Origin: Cyanophora paradoxa CCMP329
Taxonomy: Eukaryota > Plantae > Glaucophyta
DNA length: 64,000 nt
Reading direction: 5' to 3'
NCBI GenBank assembly: GCA_004431415.1
Contig: QPMI01000531.1
Coordinates: 62,001-126,000 of the forward strand
Of the stretch, positions 1 to 12,923 are shown piece after piece (the stretch's first letter is position 1; the number at the start of each line of letters is the position of its first letter). Under the pieces are notes generated by a model. The model searched no databases, was not told where the DNA came from, and worked only from the letters and a program-made list of their open reading frames with translations. Both the position numbers and the translations under genes were made by a program.

Positions 1-3000
1 GTGCCGCACGCGCCCGCCCGCCGACGCCGGCCGCGGCCGGGCCGGGCCGGGGCGCCCGCCGCGGCTGGAGGCGACGCTGGCGCGGCTGGAGGCGACGCTG
101 GCGCGCTCGTCGCCGGAGCCGGCGTCGAAGGAGCGGTCGGCCCCGCGCCGCGAGGCGCTGCTATCCCGCAGGCCCCCACCGGGCTCGGGCTCCGCCGCGA
201 CGCCGAGCGCGGCCGCCGCTGCGGCGCGTACGCCGCCGTCGCCGCCACCATCGCCGCCGCCGCCAGCGGCCCGTTCGCGAGCCGCGGCGGACCCGTCGCT
301 ACGACGGGCGCGGTGCCGGTCTTGGCGGCGGGGGAGGCGTGGGCGCGGCGCATGGCGGCGGAGAGGTTGTGCGGGGAGTGCCGCCCGCTCGCGTCGGGCC
401 CGGCGTGCAGGCCGCGCCCGTAGTACCCCCGCGACTGCGAGTGGCTCGAGTGGGCGGGTGAGGGCGGCACGTCCCCGGCCTCGCTCCCGCCCCCCTCCAG
501 CAGCCTGCGCCCCGCTCAGCGGCGACGCCTCTCCCCGCCGGGGAGGGGGTCCCACCCGAAGAGCTCGCGGACGCGGCGCTCGGCGCGGGCGAGCTGGCGG
601 CGGACGGCCCGCAGGCTCTCCGCGTCCCGCGCCGCCCGCCGCTCCCCGCCGGCCCCTCCGCGTCCGCCGCCCGCATCTCGGCCACGAGCTGCGCCTGGAT
701 GCCGATGATGCGCCGCAGCTCCCCGATCTCCCGCTGCGCCTCCGCCAGCTGGCCCCGCAGCGCCTCCCCCCGCTGCTCCCGCCCCGCCCCGCCCGTCGAC
801 GTCATGATGTCCCCCTGCCGCCGCCGGTCAGGAGCCGGCCGCCGGGCGGGGCGGGGCGGGGCGGACGGTGTAGGCGCGGGCGCGGTGCTCGAGGCGCTCC
901 TCGAGGGCCATCAGCAGCCGCCGCACCCGCCCCTCGTAGTGCTCCAGGTCCGGCCCCGACGGCCCCCGGCCCGCCCCAGCCCCGCCCCCTCTCCTCGTCC
1001 TCCCGGAAGGCCCGGCCCAGCCGTCGGGGGCGGCGGGCCGAGGGCGAGGCGGCGCGGAAGCCCCGCGCGGCGCTGGCGGAGGGGCTGCTGACGCGGCGCA
1101 GGGAGGCGGCGAGGTGCCGCTCGAGCCGCGCCGCGTCGGCGTCCGGCGAGGGCGACGCCTCCCGCGAGCCCTGCGCGCAGCGTGAGAGGGGCGGGCGGGC
1201 GGGGCCGGCGGGGCACCGGAGGAGGGCCTCGAGGACGGCGCGGGAGCCCATGGCGGAGTCGTTGGCGCGCCCCGCGAGCTCCTTCCCCTCCGCCAGCTCC
1301 GCCGCCTGCTGCGAGCGCCGCGCCTCCGCCACCGCCGCCCGCTGCTCCTCGTACCGCCGCCGCCGCTCCTCCCGCGCCATCTCGTCGCCCCCGCCCTCCC
1401 CCTCCTCCTCCCACGCCGACGTCTCCGAGCCCGAGGCCCCGGCCCGGCGCGGGGGCGCGGGCCGGGGCGGCCGAGGTGCGAGGCGAGCACGCGCTCGAAC
1501 TCGTCCATGGGGGCCCCTCCGCCGCCGCCGAGGCCCCGCGCGTCGCTGACGTCGGCCGCCGCCGCGCCGGCGCGCTCTGAGCCCGCCGCGGCTTCTCCCG
1601 CCCCTCTGCTGCTGCTGCTTCAGGACATCGCCCAGCGGCAGCCGCGGGGCGCCCCCGGCTGGCCCGGGAGCGGCCGCCCGCCGCCGCCGGCCCCGCCGCC
1701 GGCCCCGCCGCCGGCGCCTTCGACGAAGCCGTCCCCGACACTGCGCGGCGCCGGCTCGGGCCCCGCGGGGCGCACAAGACGCGGGGCGGGCGGGGGCGCA
1801 CTGTAGCGGGCCTTGGCGGACTCGGGCCGCTTGCCCTTGGACCGCAGCCGCTCCCGCGCCTCCCCCGCCGTCACTGCCGCCCCGCCCTCAGCCCGCCGGC
1901 CCCGCGGGGGGCACTGGCGGGAAGGGAGCGCACTGCCGGCGCCGCGGGCGGGGCGGTGGCCATGGGCGGGGAGGGGCTCGCCGGGGGCCCCCGGGCCCCG
2001 CCTCGCGCGCTTCTCCTGCGGCATGATGGCGATCCAGGGGTCTGCGCGCGCGCCCCGCTCGAACGAGGCCGGCCGGGGCGGCCGCGGGGGGCGAGGGGCG
2101 CCCGAGGAGGGCGGGGCGGACCGGGGAGGGGCTGCGCGGTGAAGTGCTCCTCGTCGGGGAGGTAGAGGCCGCGCCAGTAGCGCAGCTCCACCGACGCCGT
2201 CTCGATCTCCCCCGTCTTCTCCAGCCCCTGCCGCCCTGTGTTGGGCGCGCCGGCCCCTGCGGGGGCGGCGCGGGGCGGGACGCGGCGGGCGGACCACGGA
2301 GACCTTGATGTCGCAGGGCGAGTGCGTGGGCCCGAAGGGCGACGCCATCGGCTGGTACGAGTCCGACTTCTGCGCCACGTCCCCGCTCGGCGAGTACCTG
2401 CCAAGGAGGGCGCCCCGGAGTCAGCGCGAGGGGCGGGAGGGCGGGGAGGGGGGGAGGAGGGGGCGGGGCGGGGCGCGCCGGATGGGGGCCGCGATGGACC
2501 CGACGAGCTTGCGGCCGGGCCCGTAGAGGGTCATCGGGATCGCCTGGCGCTCGCCGATCCACGCCTTGAACGCCCTGCGCCCCGCCCCCGGCTCGGACCG
2601 GATCGGGCCGGCTCGGGGGCGCGGCGGGGCGGGCGGGGAGGGCGGCGGGGCGCACTCCTCGTCGCAGAAGAAGTAGTAGACGCGCAGGCGGTGGATGGGC
2701 GCCGTCGTCGCGCCCCTCTGCCCCCGCCGCTCAGCGGGGCCGGGCGGGAGAGGGGCGGGGGCGGGGGCGGACGGTGACGGAAACGGGGTAGCGGACGCGC
2801 TGGGCGAGGGCCTCGTACTCGAGGTAGTAGGGGACCTCGGGCTCCAGCTCCTGCACCTCCCACAGCCCGTGCACGTAGAAGAGCAGCCGGAAGCGCGTCA
2901 TCGTCCGCGGCAGGCCCCGCGTGTCCGACACCCGCGTCAGGTCCGCCCCCGCCGCCCCCAGCTCCCGCCTCCGCGGCCCGTAGTACGAGTCCGGCAGCTC

Positions 3001-5632
3001 CAGCGCCCGCGGCCGCTCCTCGCTGCCCCGCCCCCGTCAGAGCGGCGCGGAGGAGCGGGGAAAGGGGAGACGGGGGCGGGCCTGATGGGGATGCCGAGGG
3101 CCTTGGCGAACTCCACCTCGATTTCCGCCAGCTGCAGCTCCGCGTGGTACAGGTCGTAGCTGCCGCCCCAGCGGCCCCTCAGCGCGCGTTCTCTCGGTCT
3201 TCCCCGCGGCGTAGGCGGGCGGGCGGACCAGACGCGGCAGACGCGGTGGTGCTGGTATTTGGCCGTCGAGACTCCTGCGGGGCGGGGGCGGGGTCGGGCG
3301 CGGGGGCAGGGGCCGGTCGGGTCGTGGGGAGGAGGGGCGGGACGGACCGGCGAGGTGCTTGATGCGCTCGTCGGAGATGTCCGAGAAGCAGCGCACCTGG
3401 ATGCCCCGGTTCTGCCCCGCCGATCAGCGAGGGGCGGCGGGGCGGCGGCGGCGGGGGCGACGGGCGGGCGGGCGGGGGCGGGCCTTGATGTGGCGCGTGG
3501 TCTGCAGGATCGCCAGCGTCGTCATCTGCGCGGGGCGCCGCCGCCTTCAGCGCCCCGCGCCCAGTGGGAGGAAGCGGGGGAGGCGGGGCGGGGCGGGCGG
3601 GCGGGCCTGGCAGGGGAGGGCCTCCGGGAGGACCTCGGAGCGGCACATGCCGCAGCGCGCCGTCCGCCGGTACGGCTTCAGGTTCTGCGCGGCGCTCAGG
3701 CGCGCCGGCGCGCGCCGCGGGGCGGGCGGGGCGGACCACGGGGACCTCGTCGTCGCTCGCCGCGCCCTCCTCCCCGGCTGAGCGCGCGGGGCAGTGAGAG
3801 GGGCGGGCGGGGCGGGCGGGGCGGGCGCGGGGAGGCGCGCCTCGCGGGGCCGGGCGGGGCGGGGGGCGTCGGCGAGGCGGAAGGCCTTGACCTGGAGGCA
3901 CTGCCAGCAGCCCTCGACGTCTGCCCGCCCCGCCCCTCAGCGGGAGAAGGGAAGCAAGGGGGCCGGTGCGCCGGGCGCGCCCTTGACGAAGTCGAGGACG
4001 ATTTCCTCGAAGAATACCCCCGCCCCCGCCAGCGCGCTGCCGCCCCCTCGTCAGCAAGCGCGCGGGAGGTTCGCGGGCGGGGGCGGGAGCGGCGCGCCTG
4101 TGCCGCTCCAGCCACTGGACGAGCTCTCCTGCGAGGGCGCCCATCTCCTGCTCGCGGCCCCCGTCAGGCCCGGCCCGGCCCGCCCCCTCCCCCGGGCCCT
4201 GGCTCGCCTGGGTGCCCCGCCCCGACTGCTGGACGACCGTGCAGGCCTCCACGTCCGCGTTGTCCGCCTGCCGGCGCCTCAGCCGCGCGCCCGCCCGGGG
4301 GCGGGGCAGGGGGCGGGGCCGGCCTGGGTGCGCCACGTCTTGGAGAGGGTGCGCGTGTCAGTGGGGTCCCCGAAGCGGTCCCTGCGGCGCGTGAGGGGCG
4401 CCGGCCGCGGCGGGGGGTCGAGGGCGGGGCGCGCCGGTTGCAGATGACCCACGCGCACGCCGGCTTGCCGCGCCGCCACTGCACCCGGCTGACGCTCGCC
4501 TTCGCGCCCCGCATCCGCACGAACCGCTGCAGCGCGAACGTCTCTGCCGGAACGAGAGGGCCCCGCTCAGGCCGCTGTACCCCCCCGCGTCCGCGCCGGA
4601 GCGACGGCGTACCCCCGTGGTCGGAGAGGTCGCCGTTGAGGAGGCTCGTGAGGTCAGTGCCGTTGTAGAGGATGATCTCGTTCCCGTACGGGTTCCGTCG
4701 CGACGTCTGGGGGGTACGGGGTCGGAAGAGGGGGAGGGGGAGTTGGTGCGGGGCGCGCGCCTTCTTGAGGACGGCGACGGGTATGGGGGAGTCGGGCTGG
4801 ACGTCCCAGCGGCGGAGGAGGCCGCGGGTGGGGAACTCGAGGTACGGCACCGCTGCGCAGGGGAAGGGGCGCCCTCGCGCTCGCGCCGGGGCCGAGCCGG
4901 GCGGGAAAGGGGCGGGGAAGGGTGCGGCACCGTGGCAGCGGACGACGCCGTCGGCGTCGGTGAAGACGTGGACGGCCATGCGCTCCCGCTCCCCGTCCCC
5001 GTTGTGCGAGTACGTGAACAGGATCGTCTCCTGCGGGCGGCTCAGGCGCGCCCGTCTGCGCGAGCGGCGCCGCGCAGCGCTGCGCGGGCCCACCGGGATG
5101 ACGACGCGCAGCTCGCCGCCGCGGGGCCGGCTCGGCGACTGGGGCCGCCGGCTCCGCGGCAGGGCGCACGCCTTGCAGCTGCCGCCGGCTCTCGGCGGCG
5201 CACCCCAGGCGGCGAGGCGGCCCGCAGGGCCCCCAGGCGCACCGGAAGACCTCGTAGAACTTGAGCAGCGGGCGCACGGGGCCGTCGTCCTCGTACTCGT
5301 ACTTGAAGTTGATGCGGCTGATCAGCTCCTTGTAGACGTGGAAGGTCCCCGATTTGTCCGACTGCGCAAACACGTTAAAAAGGGCGATCCCGCAGCTCTG
5401 AGGCACCGCCGGTGCGGCGCAGCGGGCAATAGCTAATCTTTCCGTGGCACTTTGCGCCCGCGCGTCCGGCAGCCGGCGAGATGCGAGGCGGATCGCGGCT
5501 CACCTTGAGACCGCGGTCATCCGCGCTGTCTGGCACCTCCGTGATGAAGGTCGCAGGCCGTGCGCCAGGCTCGTTCTGGGAAAGCTGGAGCGACGTCCGC
5601 TTCGGCGTGCCTGCACCCGCCGCCTCCGCCAT
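1..5632 (-). CDS. Large multi-exon uncharacterised protein (ATP-grasp-like region, two CxxC pairs, possible C2-like domain, coiled-coil/low-complexity tail); 3' end beyond window
   Basis: ATG 5632 (MAEAAGAGTPK); exons join through GT/GC-AG introns into e.g. ETILFTYSHNG, FALQRFVRMRG, FFEEIVLDFVKDVEGCWQCLQVKAF, CGMC, CRVC, RFRLLFYVHGLWEV, WRGLYLPDEEHF. Some junctions are uncertain. Confidence 0.7.
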
Positions 5633-6345
5633 CGCTACAGCTGGTGCTACAAGGCTCTTGGACCGCTCGGAAACCTGTAGCTACGCGCTGCGCTCGCCGG
5701 CTGATGCTGGCCCGATTTAACTCCGACGACTCTCGGCCAGATGTGCTGGATCGTCTCAGGTGCCTGTATAGCTACTCCGCAGCGGTCTAAACCCGTTATC
5801 CGAGGTCGCCGCGCTTCTGAAGCTTCATCCGATTGTACCCCCACAGGAAGGAATTCAACCTGGAATTGCTGGCCGAAACCTGGCGTTCCACGCAGTGCGG
5901 ATCGTTGCCTGATGCCGTAGATCGCCCGTCCAGCTCCGGCAGCCGCGCCTGGGTACCGGTGCGGAGCGTCGCGCCTCCTCGCCATCTCGAGCGCTGACCG
6001 CGTACGAAGGAGCACCGCAGCTTGTGACGTCGACCGCGCTGGCGACAGGACCTGAAGGTTCGCTCCGCACGCCACTTTCTCTGTCGGCCTCCGATCCGCG
6101 CCCGCCGGCGCCGGCGGCCCCTCCCACTTTGGCCCCGGACCCCCTTCAGCCGCGGAGCAATACACTAGTCCCGAGTGTGCGAATTGAAGCACGAATACAA
6201 TAGAAAAAGAAGCGGCAGCGGGTTGAGAAGAAGGGAACTTCGGAAGAGGCGGGGCGGGGAAGGGGAAGAGAAGGGAAGGGGGATCAGGCGGTGGGAAGGA
6301 GGGCGGCGGGGGCGGGGCGGGGCGGGGCGGGGGTGGGGGGCCCGT

Positions 6346-7879
6346 CTAGGGCTCGATGTCGATGGGGTAGAGGAGGACGTTGAGGGCCGGGGTGATGATG
6401 AGGAGGTGGTTGATGGGGACGGGGAGCCAGTCGATCTCGTCCCCCGTCAGCGGCTCCGAGGCGACCATCACGAGCTGCTGCCGCCGGTCCGCCTGCACCA
6501 CCCGGAAGTCCCCCGAGATCGACTCGAACCTGCGCCCCCGCCGGCCCCCGCTTCGCCCTCGGCGCCGGCGCGGAGCTCTGGGCGGGGGGGCAGAGCCGGG
6601 CAGGGCGGACCGGGTTCCCGAGGCGTAGTAGAGGGAGGCCGGCCGGTGGCCCCCCGTCGCGTACCGAGTCACGATCACCATCCGCCCTGGGGGGGGTTCA
6701 AAGGGGGGGAGGAAGGCGGGGGGGGGGGGGGGGGGGTGTAGGTGGGCAGGGGCGCGCCGTCAGTGACTGCGAAGTTGAGGAGGGAGGGCTGGCAGCCGCC
6801 GGGCTGCTGCGCCCCCGCCTCCGCGCTCCACTTCGAGAGCAGCCTGTACCCCCCGGCCGGGTCAGGCGGGCGTCCCGGGGATCCGGCACGCTGTACCCCC
6901 GCACCGGATGGTGGCGAGGACGTGGCCGCGAAGCTCGTCCACCGAGCGCTCCCGGAAGCTCAGCGGGTCCTGTACCCCCCTGGGTCAACTTCGTCCGCGG
7001 CGCCCCCGTACCCCGCCGGGCGCGCCTCGATCATGTTTAGGAAGGTGGCGAAACAGTGCTCGGAGTCGGTGCCGCCGTGGATGGCGTTGTAGATCTCGTC
7101 GCTCAGCGACTGCTGGATCCGCCGCTTGAACTTCCTGCCCCCGCCCGCCCCCTCAGCCTCGAGCCGGCGGGGGGCGTCGGTGGGGTGGCGCCGGCGGCCG
7201 CACGGGAAGTGTGCGAGGTTCCCGTTGTGCATCCACATGAAGGGACCGTACTGCGGCCGCCCGCGTGAGCCCGGAGCGCGGGCGCGCGGGCGCTGCGGGG
7301 GCGGCAGGGGCGGGCGGCGGCTCACGGTGAACGGGTGGCACTCGGTCTCGCCGACGGGGAAGCCCGGCGTCGCCGCGCGGACGTGCGCGAAGACCAGCGG
7401 CGATGAGCTGCGCCCGCGTGAGGCGCGGCGCGCTTGGGAGGCGCCCCGTCCCGGCCGCACATCTTCTCCGCGATGCGGCGCAGGTTGGCGCTGTTCCACG
7501 CGGGAGTCGCCGAAGTGAAGACGCACGGCGAGTCGCCGAAGCAGTGAGCGAAGCTGGGGCCCTTGTACCTGCACGCGGGGCCACCGTCAGGCGCTGAGCG
7601 CGCCGCTGACGGAGCTCCGCGCACCAGCCAATCCCGAAGCCTGCGCGCGGAGTTCAGCGAGGGCGTCCGCGTCAGCGCGAGGATTGGTCGCGCACCATCG
7701 CCGTTGAGATTGCTGCGGTTCAGAAGCATGCGGGAGTCGAACGACTGCGGGCGCGTCACGATGCAGCGGAGAACAGGGACGCGCGAACTGGCCTGCTTGG
7801 TGATCGAGTGCGACGGCCGCACGACGAGGTCCGCTAGCATCAACGGGTGCAGCCCAGCGTAAACCACAAATCGGCACAT
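6346..7879 (-). CDS. DUG3: Class II (Ntn) glutamine amidotransferase, DUG3/YafJ-like
   Basis: MCRFVVYAG with Cys2 nucleophile; NLNGDG, PAWNSANL, FAHVRAAT, ECHPF, WMHNG, GGTDSEHCF, VASEPLT motifs across about 10 exons. Confidence 0.9.
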
Positions 7880-8191
7880 CGCTGGTCGACCTCGGGCCTC
7901 CTCGGCGGTCTCACGTGCAGAGTGCTCAAGCCGCTACCTTCTACAGTGCATTGCACAGAACGGCTGAAGATCAGGCTGAGAGGTCACGGGGTTTGATCGG
8001 CTCGCGTACCCCTCGATCCAGACTCGGCGTCTGACTCGCTGTCGCAGCGACACCGCCCGTGCAGACGAGCAGGCGTGAGGATGCTTGTTCCTTCGATAGG
8101 AGCATCCACGCTTTGAGCCGCCGCCAGCCTGCCAGCTCATTCCTGGATCGCGGCGGCCGGGGGCGCTAGCGCCGCCATCGCGGCAGCGGCG

Positions 8192-9594
8192 ATGAGCCGC
8201 ACGCTCGCGGAGCGCATCCCGACCGTGGCGGAGTGGGGCGGGGGCCTCGGCGAGGTGCTGGCTCGCGGCACCCAGCTGCAGCGGAGGAGGATCCCCTTCC
8301 CCCGCTCGCACTCGCAGTTTCTTGAGGCGGTTGCGGCTCTTGCCGAGGACGTGGAGCGGGAGCGTGGCGAAGAGCGGGCGAGCGACGCGCATGCGCAACT
8401 GCAGGGGCGGCTCGCTCAAGCCCGCAGCGCCGCGTCAGAGGACAGCGTGGTGGTCCTGCGGCAGCAGCGGCGCGTCGTAGACGTGGAGGAGTTCGGTGCG
8501 GCGCCCCCCTCGGACTCCGCCCGCGCGCGACGCGGAGCGGCTGACTCTCGACTGGGCGCAGGCGGGCCCCTCGACCAGATCCTGCTGCCCTCGCCGCCGT
8601 GCCGGCGCGTCGGGAGGCGCCCCGTCGAGCCGGAGGACGACGAGAGCCCGCCCTCCCCGCGGCGGGCCCCCTCCTCGGCGGCCCGGGGCGCCTGGGGCCC
8701 GCCCTCCCCGCGCCGCCCGCCCTCCGCCTCCGCCTCCGCGGCCGCCGCCCGAGCCGCTGGCACACAGCCGGAGCCGCCGGGCGGGGCGGGGCGCCACGCG
8801 CCGTTCGGGGGCCGGTCCCTGGGGAGGTCCTGCAGCCGCGCCGGCCGGGGCGGCCGCCGGCGCCCAACCCCTTCGCGCCCCCCGAAGAGAGGCCGGCGCC
8901 GGCGCTGCCCTCGCCGCACCTTGCGCGGCTGCGCCCGGCGCGGGAGGACCCGCTCGCCTACCGCGCCATCTCCCCCGAGCTCCGGCCCCGCGAGCCCGAC
9001 TCCCCCGCCCCTGACTCGGACCCGCTGCCGCCCCGCCCCCTCTACCGGGCGCCCCGGGGGCCCTACCGCGTGCCGGGGCCGGCGGGGGCGCGGGGCGTGG
9101 CGGACTTCGCGGCGGACAGCGAGCTCACGTACGAGGCCCTCCTCGCCCTCGACGACGCCCTACACCGGTCCGCGTACCCCCCGCAGGCCTTCCCCCCCCC
9201 CCCCCCCCCCGGCTCACGCAATCGGGCCTTGCAGGGCGCGTGCGGCGGTGCCGAAGCCGCCGATCCGGAGCACGCGGGTGCGGTACGGGGGGCCGGGGGT
9301 GCCCCTGCCGAAGAAGGGAGAGGCGCCGGGGGAGTGCAGCGTCTGCCTGAGCGAGTTCAAGAAGAACGACCCTCTGCGCCGCCTCCCCTGCAAGCGTGCG
9401 CCCGGCCCCGGCCCCGCCCCGCCGCCCGGCAGCCGTCGCCGGTTCGATGCCGCGCAGACATGTTCCACGAGAACTGCATCATGCCCTGGCTGAGGACGGA
9501 CGACCGGTGTCCCAACTGCCGCGCCTCCTGCCGCGCCCCGCCGCGGGGCCCCGGCAGGCCCAAACCAGGGGCCTCCGGCGCCGTCGCTCAGTAG
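8192..9594 (+). CDS. RING-H2 E3 ubiquitin ligase
   Basis: LTYEALLALDD pre-RING motif; CSVCLSEF...LPCK|HMFHENCIMPWL...CPNCR completed by a GT-AG intron at ~9396-9458. Confidence 0.88.
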
Positions 9595-10197
9595 ACCGCT
9601 TCTAGTGTACAGTTCTATTTCAACGCAAACGCAGGCAGTTGCAGGAGCGCTGGCATGCGCACAGGATCGAGCAGCCGCGCGTGGCCGCGGCGCGGCCGCG
9701 CGGCTGGCCACGGCACTGCGACATGCGCGTGGCATGCGCCGCAACGACGAGGCTCTTGCAACGACGTGCATACGCATACGTGCCTGCATGATCGATATCA
9801 CCGGCATGCGCACGTATACCGGGATCCGGACGCGTACGGCGAGCTCGAGAACACTTGATCCGCTTCTTGTGCCTGTACCCCGCGATAGCCAGCGATGTTC
9901 GTTAGCGGGCCGCCGCCCTCCCAACTGGTGCGTTAAACAGACTTTAGACCATTGATAGAGCGATTGCACAGGCGTTGGGGGGTAACTTCCGCCGCATCCG
10001 CCGCATCTCACTCTCATCGAGTCGCGCAGCGCGGGCGGATCGCGGAATGGAGATGCGCGCCGCAAACATCAGAGAGGCTTTTGAAGGGTGCGGGATGCGC
10101 GCGGCCCGCAACCCGTGCGCGCCGATCCGATAGCGCGCAGGAGCCGGGCCTCGTCACCGCGCGCCCCGGACGCTCACGACGCCATCCTTCGAGCTCT

Positions 10198-12870
10198 ATG
10201 CATCCGCTGAGGATTTCCCGCCCAATGTGCCGCCGGGTGCGCAGATCGATGCGCGGGCCCCGCGCGCGCCGATCATCGACCGCTGATCGGCGGGTGGCGC
10301 GCAGACTCGCCGGCGCCCCGGCGGTTCGAGGCCGACAGGAAGACTCCGAGGACGTTCCGAGAGGCGCGGGGCCCGGCGCAGTTCGAGCGGAGGCCGCGCA
10401 CCGAGCGGAGGCCGCAGACGCAGCGGGGCCCGGAGCAGATCGCGGCGACCCGGGCCCGCGGCACGGTGAGCCTTGCACGGCGCCCCAGCACCCGCTCCGG
10501 GCGCCACGCTGACGGCGACGCGGGCGGGGGCAGCGCCTGGTGGAGGCCGGGGCCCGGGGCGTGGAGGCGCTCGTGGCGGCGGTGCGGGCGGAGGTCGTCG
10601 ACTACGACCCGCTCAACGCCGCGACGGCCGCGCACCAGCTCGCCCGCCTCGCCGGGACCGCGCCGGGCGAGAGCGGGGCGGCGGGGGCGGCGGCGCTGGA
10701 GGCGGCGGGGCTGCTGGAGGATGCGTTCGGGGTGGAGGGCGGGCCGGCGTGCTGGCGCCGCTTCTCCCCGAAGAACCTCGCCCTGTTCGCCCACGGGCTC
10801 GCCCGGCTCGGCGCGGGGCGCGAGGCGACGCTGCGGCGCGTCGGCGAGCGGCTGGGGGCCTTCGCGGGGGACCTCAACCCCCGCGACGCCGCCCAGCTCG
10901 CCTACGCCGCCGCCCGCTGGGGGTCCGCCTCGCCCCTCCGCCCCACCCTCCCCCTCCTCGCCTCCGCCTGCGCCGCCGCCGTCGCCCGCGGCGAGTGCGG
11001 CGAGCACGAGATCGCCAACGTGCGCCCCGTCCCGCGCAGGAGCGCCCCGCGCCCGTACCCCTGACCTTCTCCCCCCCTCTCTCCGCTCAGATCCTGTGGT
11101 CGTTCGCGACGCTGGGGTACAGGGACGAGGCGCTCCTGGAGGCGGCGGTGGAGCGGGCGGGCCCGCAGCTGGCGGGGTACAGCCCGCGGGCGCTCTCCAA
11201 CGTGGCATGGTCCGCTGCCGTGCTGGGCTCATCGGGGCCCTCGGCGCCCTTCGGGCCGGCCTCGCCGGCGGCGCTCGGCGAGCCCTCGGCGGCCGCCCGC
11301 GCCGCCGCGGGGCCCTCCTGGACGCGGCGGCGGGGCGGCGCGGGCGCGGGCGGCGGAGCTGGGCGCGGCGTGCACGCACTCGCTCGCGCTGCTCGCCTCG
11401 TCCCTCGCCTACGCCGCCTCGGCCGACTCGCCGGCCCTCCTCGCCCGCCGGCCGCCCGCCGCGCCGCCGAGGCCGCCGCCGCCCTCGTCGCCGCCGCCCG
11501 GCCCCGCGCCGCCTCCCTCACCCCGCGCTCCGCCGCCTCGCTCCTCTTCGCCGAGGCGCGCGGGCCGGCGCCCGACCCCGCACCGTCAACACCATCGCCG
11601 CCGGCGCGATGGGCGCCTCGCCGCGGGCGGCGCCGGCGGAGCGGGCGGCGGCGGCGCGCGCGTGGGCGGCGGACCCGCTGGCGGCGGCGACGGCGCTGCA
11701 GGCGCTCCACGCCGTCCGCTACGACGCGCCGGAGGCCCTCGCCTGCCTCGGCGCCGCCATCGCCGCCGGCGCGGCGCGCCTCCCGCCCCGCGCCCTCTCC
11801 ACCGCCGCCGTCGCCCTCGCCTGCTTCCGCGCCGGCTGCGGTCCCGCGGGGCCGCTCGAGGCGCTCGCGGCGGCGATGGCGGCGCAGGCGGCGGGGGCGG
11901 GGACGCAGGAGCGGCTCGGGGCGGCCTACGCGGCGGCCGTCGCGGGGCGGGACGACCTCCTCGCGCTCCTGCTGCGCGCCTTCGCGGCGGCCCCGCGGCC
12001 CGGCGAGGCGGCGCCGCAGTGGCCCGACGGCGCCTCGCAGGCCGCCCTCGTCGCCGCCGCCGTCGCCCTCGAGGCGCCCCGCCTCGCCCCGCTCCTCCCC
12101 CCGACTGGGCCACGCCGCCCGCGCCTGGGGCGAGCACTGCGCCGCCGGCCCCGCCGCCGCGCCCTCGACGCTGCACGCGGAGGTGGCGCGGGCGGTGGAG
12201 GCGGCGCTGGCGTCGGGCTCGGCGCCGCGGCTGGCGGCCGGCGGGCGCCGGAGCACGAGGCGGCCATCGACGGCGTCGTCGTCGACATCGCGTGGCCGCC
12301 CTCCGCGTCGCCCTCGAGGTCCGCCCGCCGCGGCCCCGCCCCGCCCGCCCGCCCGCCCGCCGACCCCGCCGACCCGCCGACCCCGCCGAAGGTGGACGGC
12401 CCCTCCCACTTCCTCCTCGTGACGGGCCGCTACGACGGGCCGACGGCCGCGAAGAGCCGGCTGCTGGCGCGGCGCGGCTGGCGGACGCTGCGCGTCTCGT
12501 ACCGCGCGTGGGGCCGCCTCCGCTCGGGCCCGAGCGCCTCGCGTACGTCGCCGCCCGACTCGCCTCCCTCGAGCTCGAGGGCGGCGAGGCCGCCCGGGGG
12601 CCCCGCCCCGCCCCCGACGCCGACGCCGAGGAGGGGCCCGCACCCGTCCCCGCCCGGCCCCGCTCCCCTCCCGCCCCGAGGCCGCACCCTCCCCACCCGC
12701 GGCCGCGCCGCCAGCCCGACCCCGCCCTTTCCCGGCCCGCGCCGCCTCCCCCGCTTCGTCGGCCCCGCGCCGCCGCGGCCGCCCGCCCCGCGCCGCCTCT
12801 GTCGCTTGAGGCGTGGTCCTTGTTAGATTTAGGTAGGCCTTCCGGTCACGTCAGAGGTAGCGATTTATAG
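10198..12870 (+). CDS. Helical-repeat (FAST/OPR-like) protein with C-terminal RAP domain; several apparent frameshifts
   Basis: Repeats FSPKNLALFAHGLARLG, LNPRDAAQLAYA, YSPRALSNVAWS; RAP motifs VVVDIAWP...VALE|VDGPSHF...KSRLLARRGWRTLRVSY. Ends approximate. Confidence 0.75.
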
Positions 12871-12923
12871 ATACTTTCGATTGCTCGAGGTTCTCTTTCA
12901 ACAATCGCAAGAAGCTCTAGATC

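Noticed and set aside
12240-12560. Programmed frameshifting or RNA editing in the RAP gene
   Set aside because: No slippery sites; consensus error or decay is simpler.
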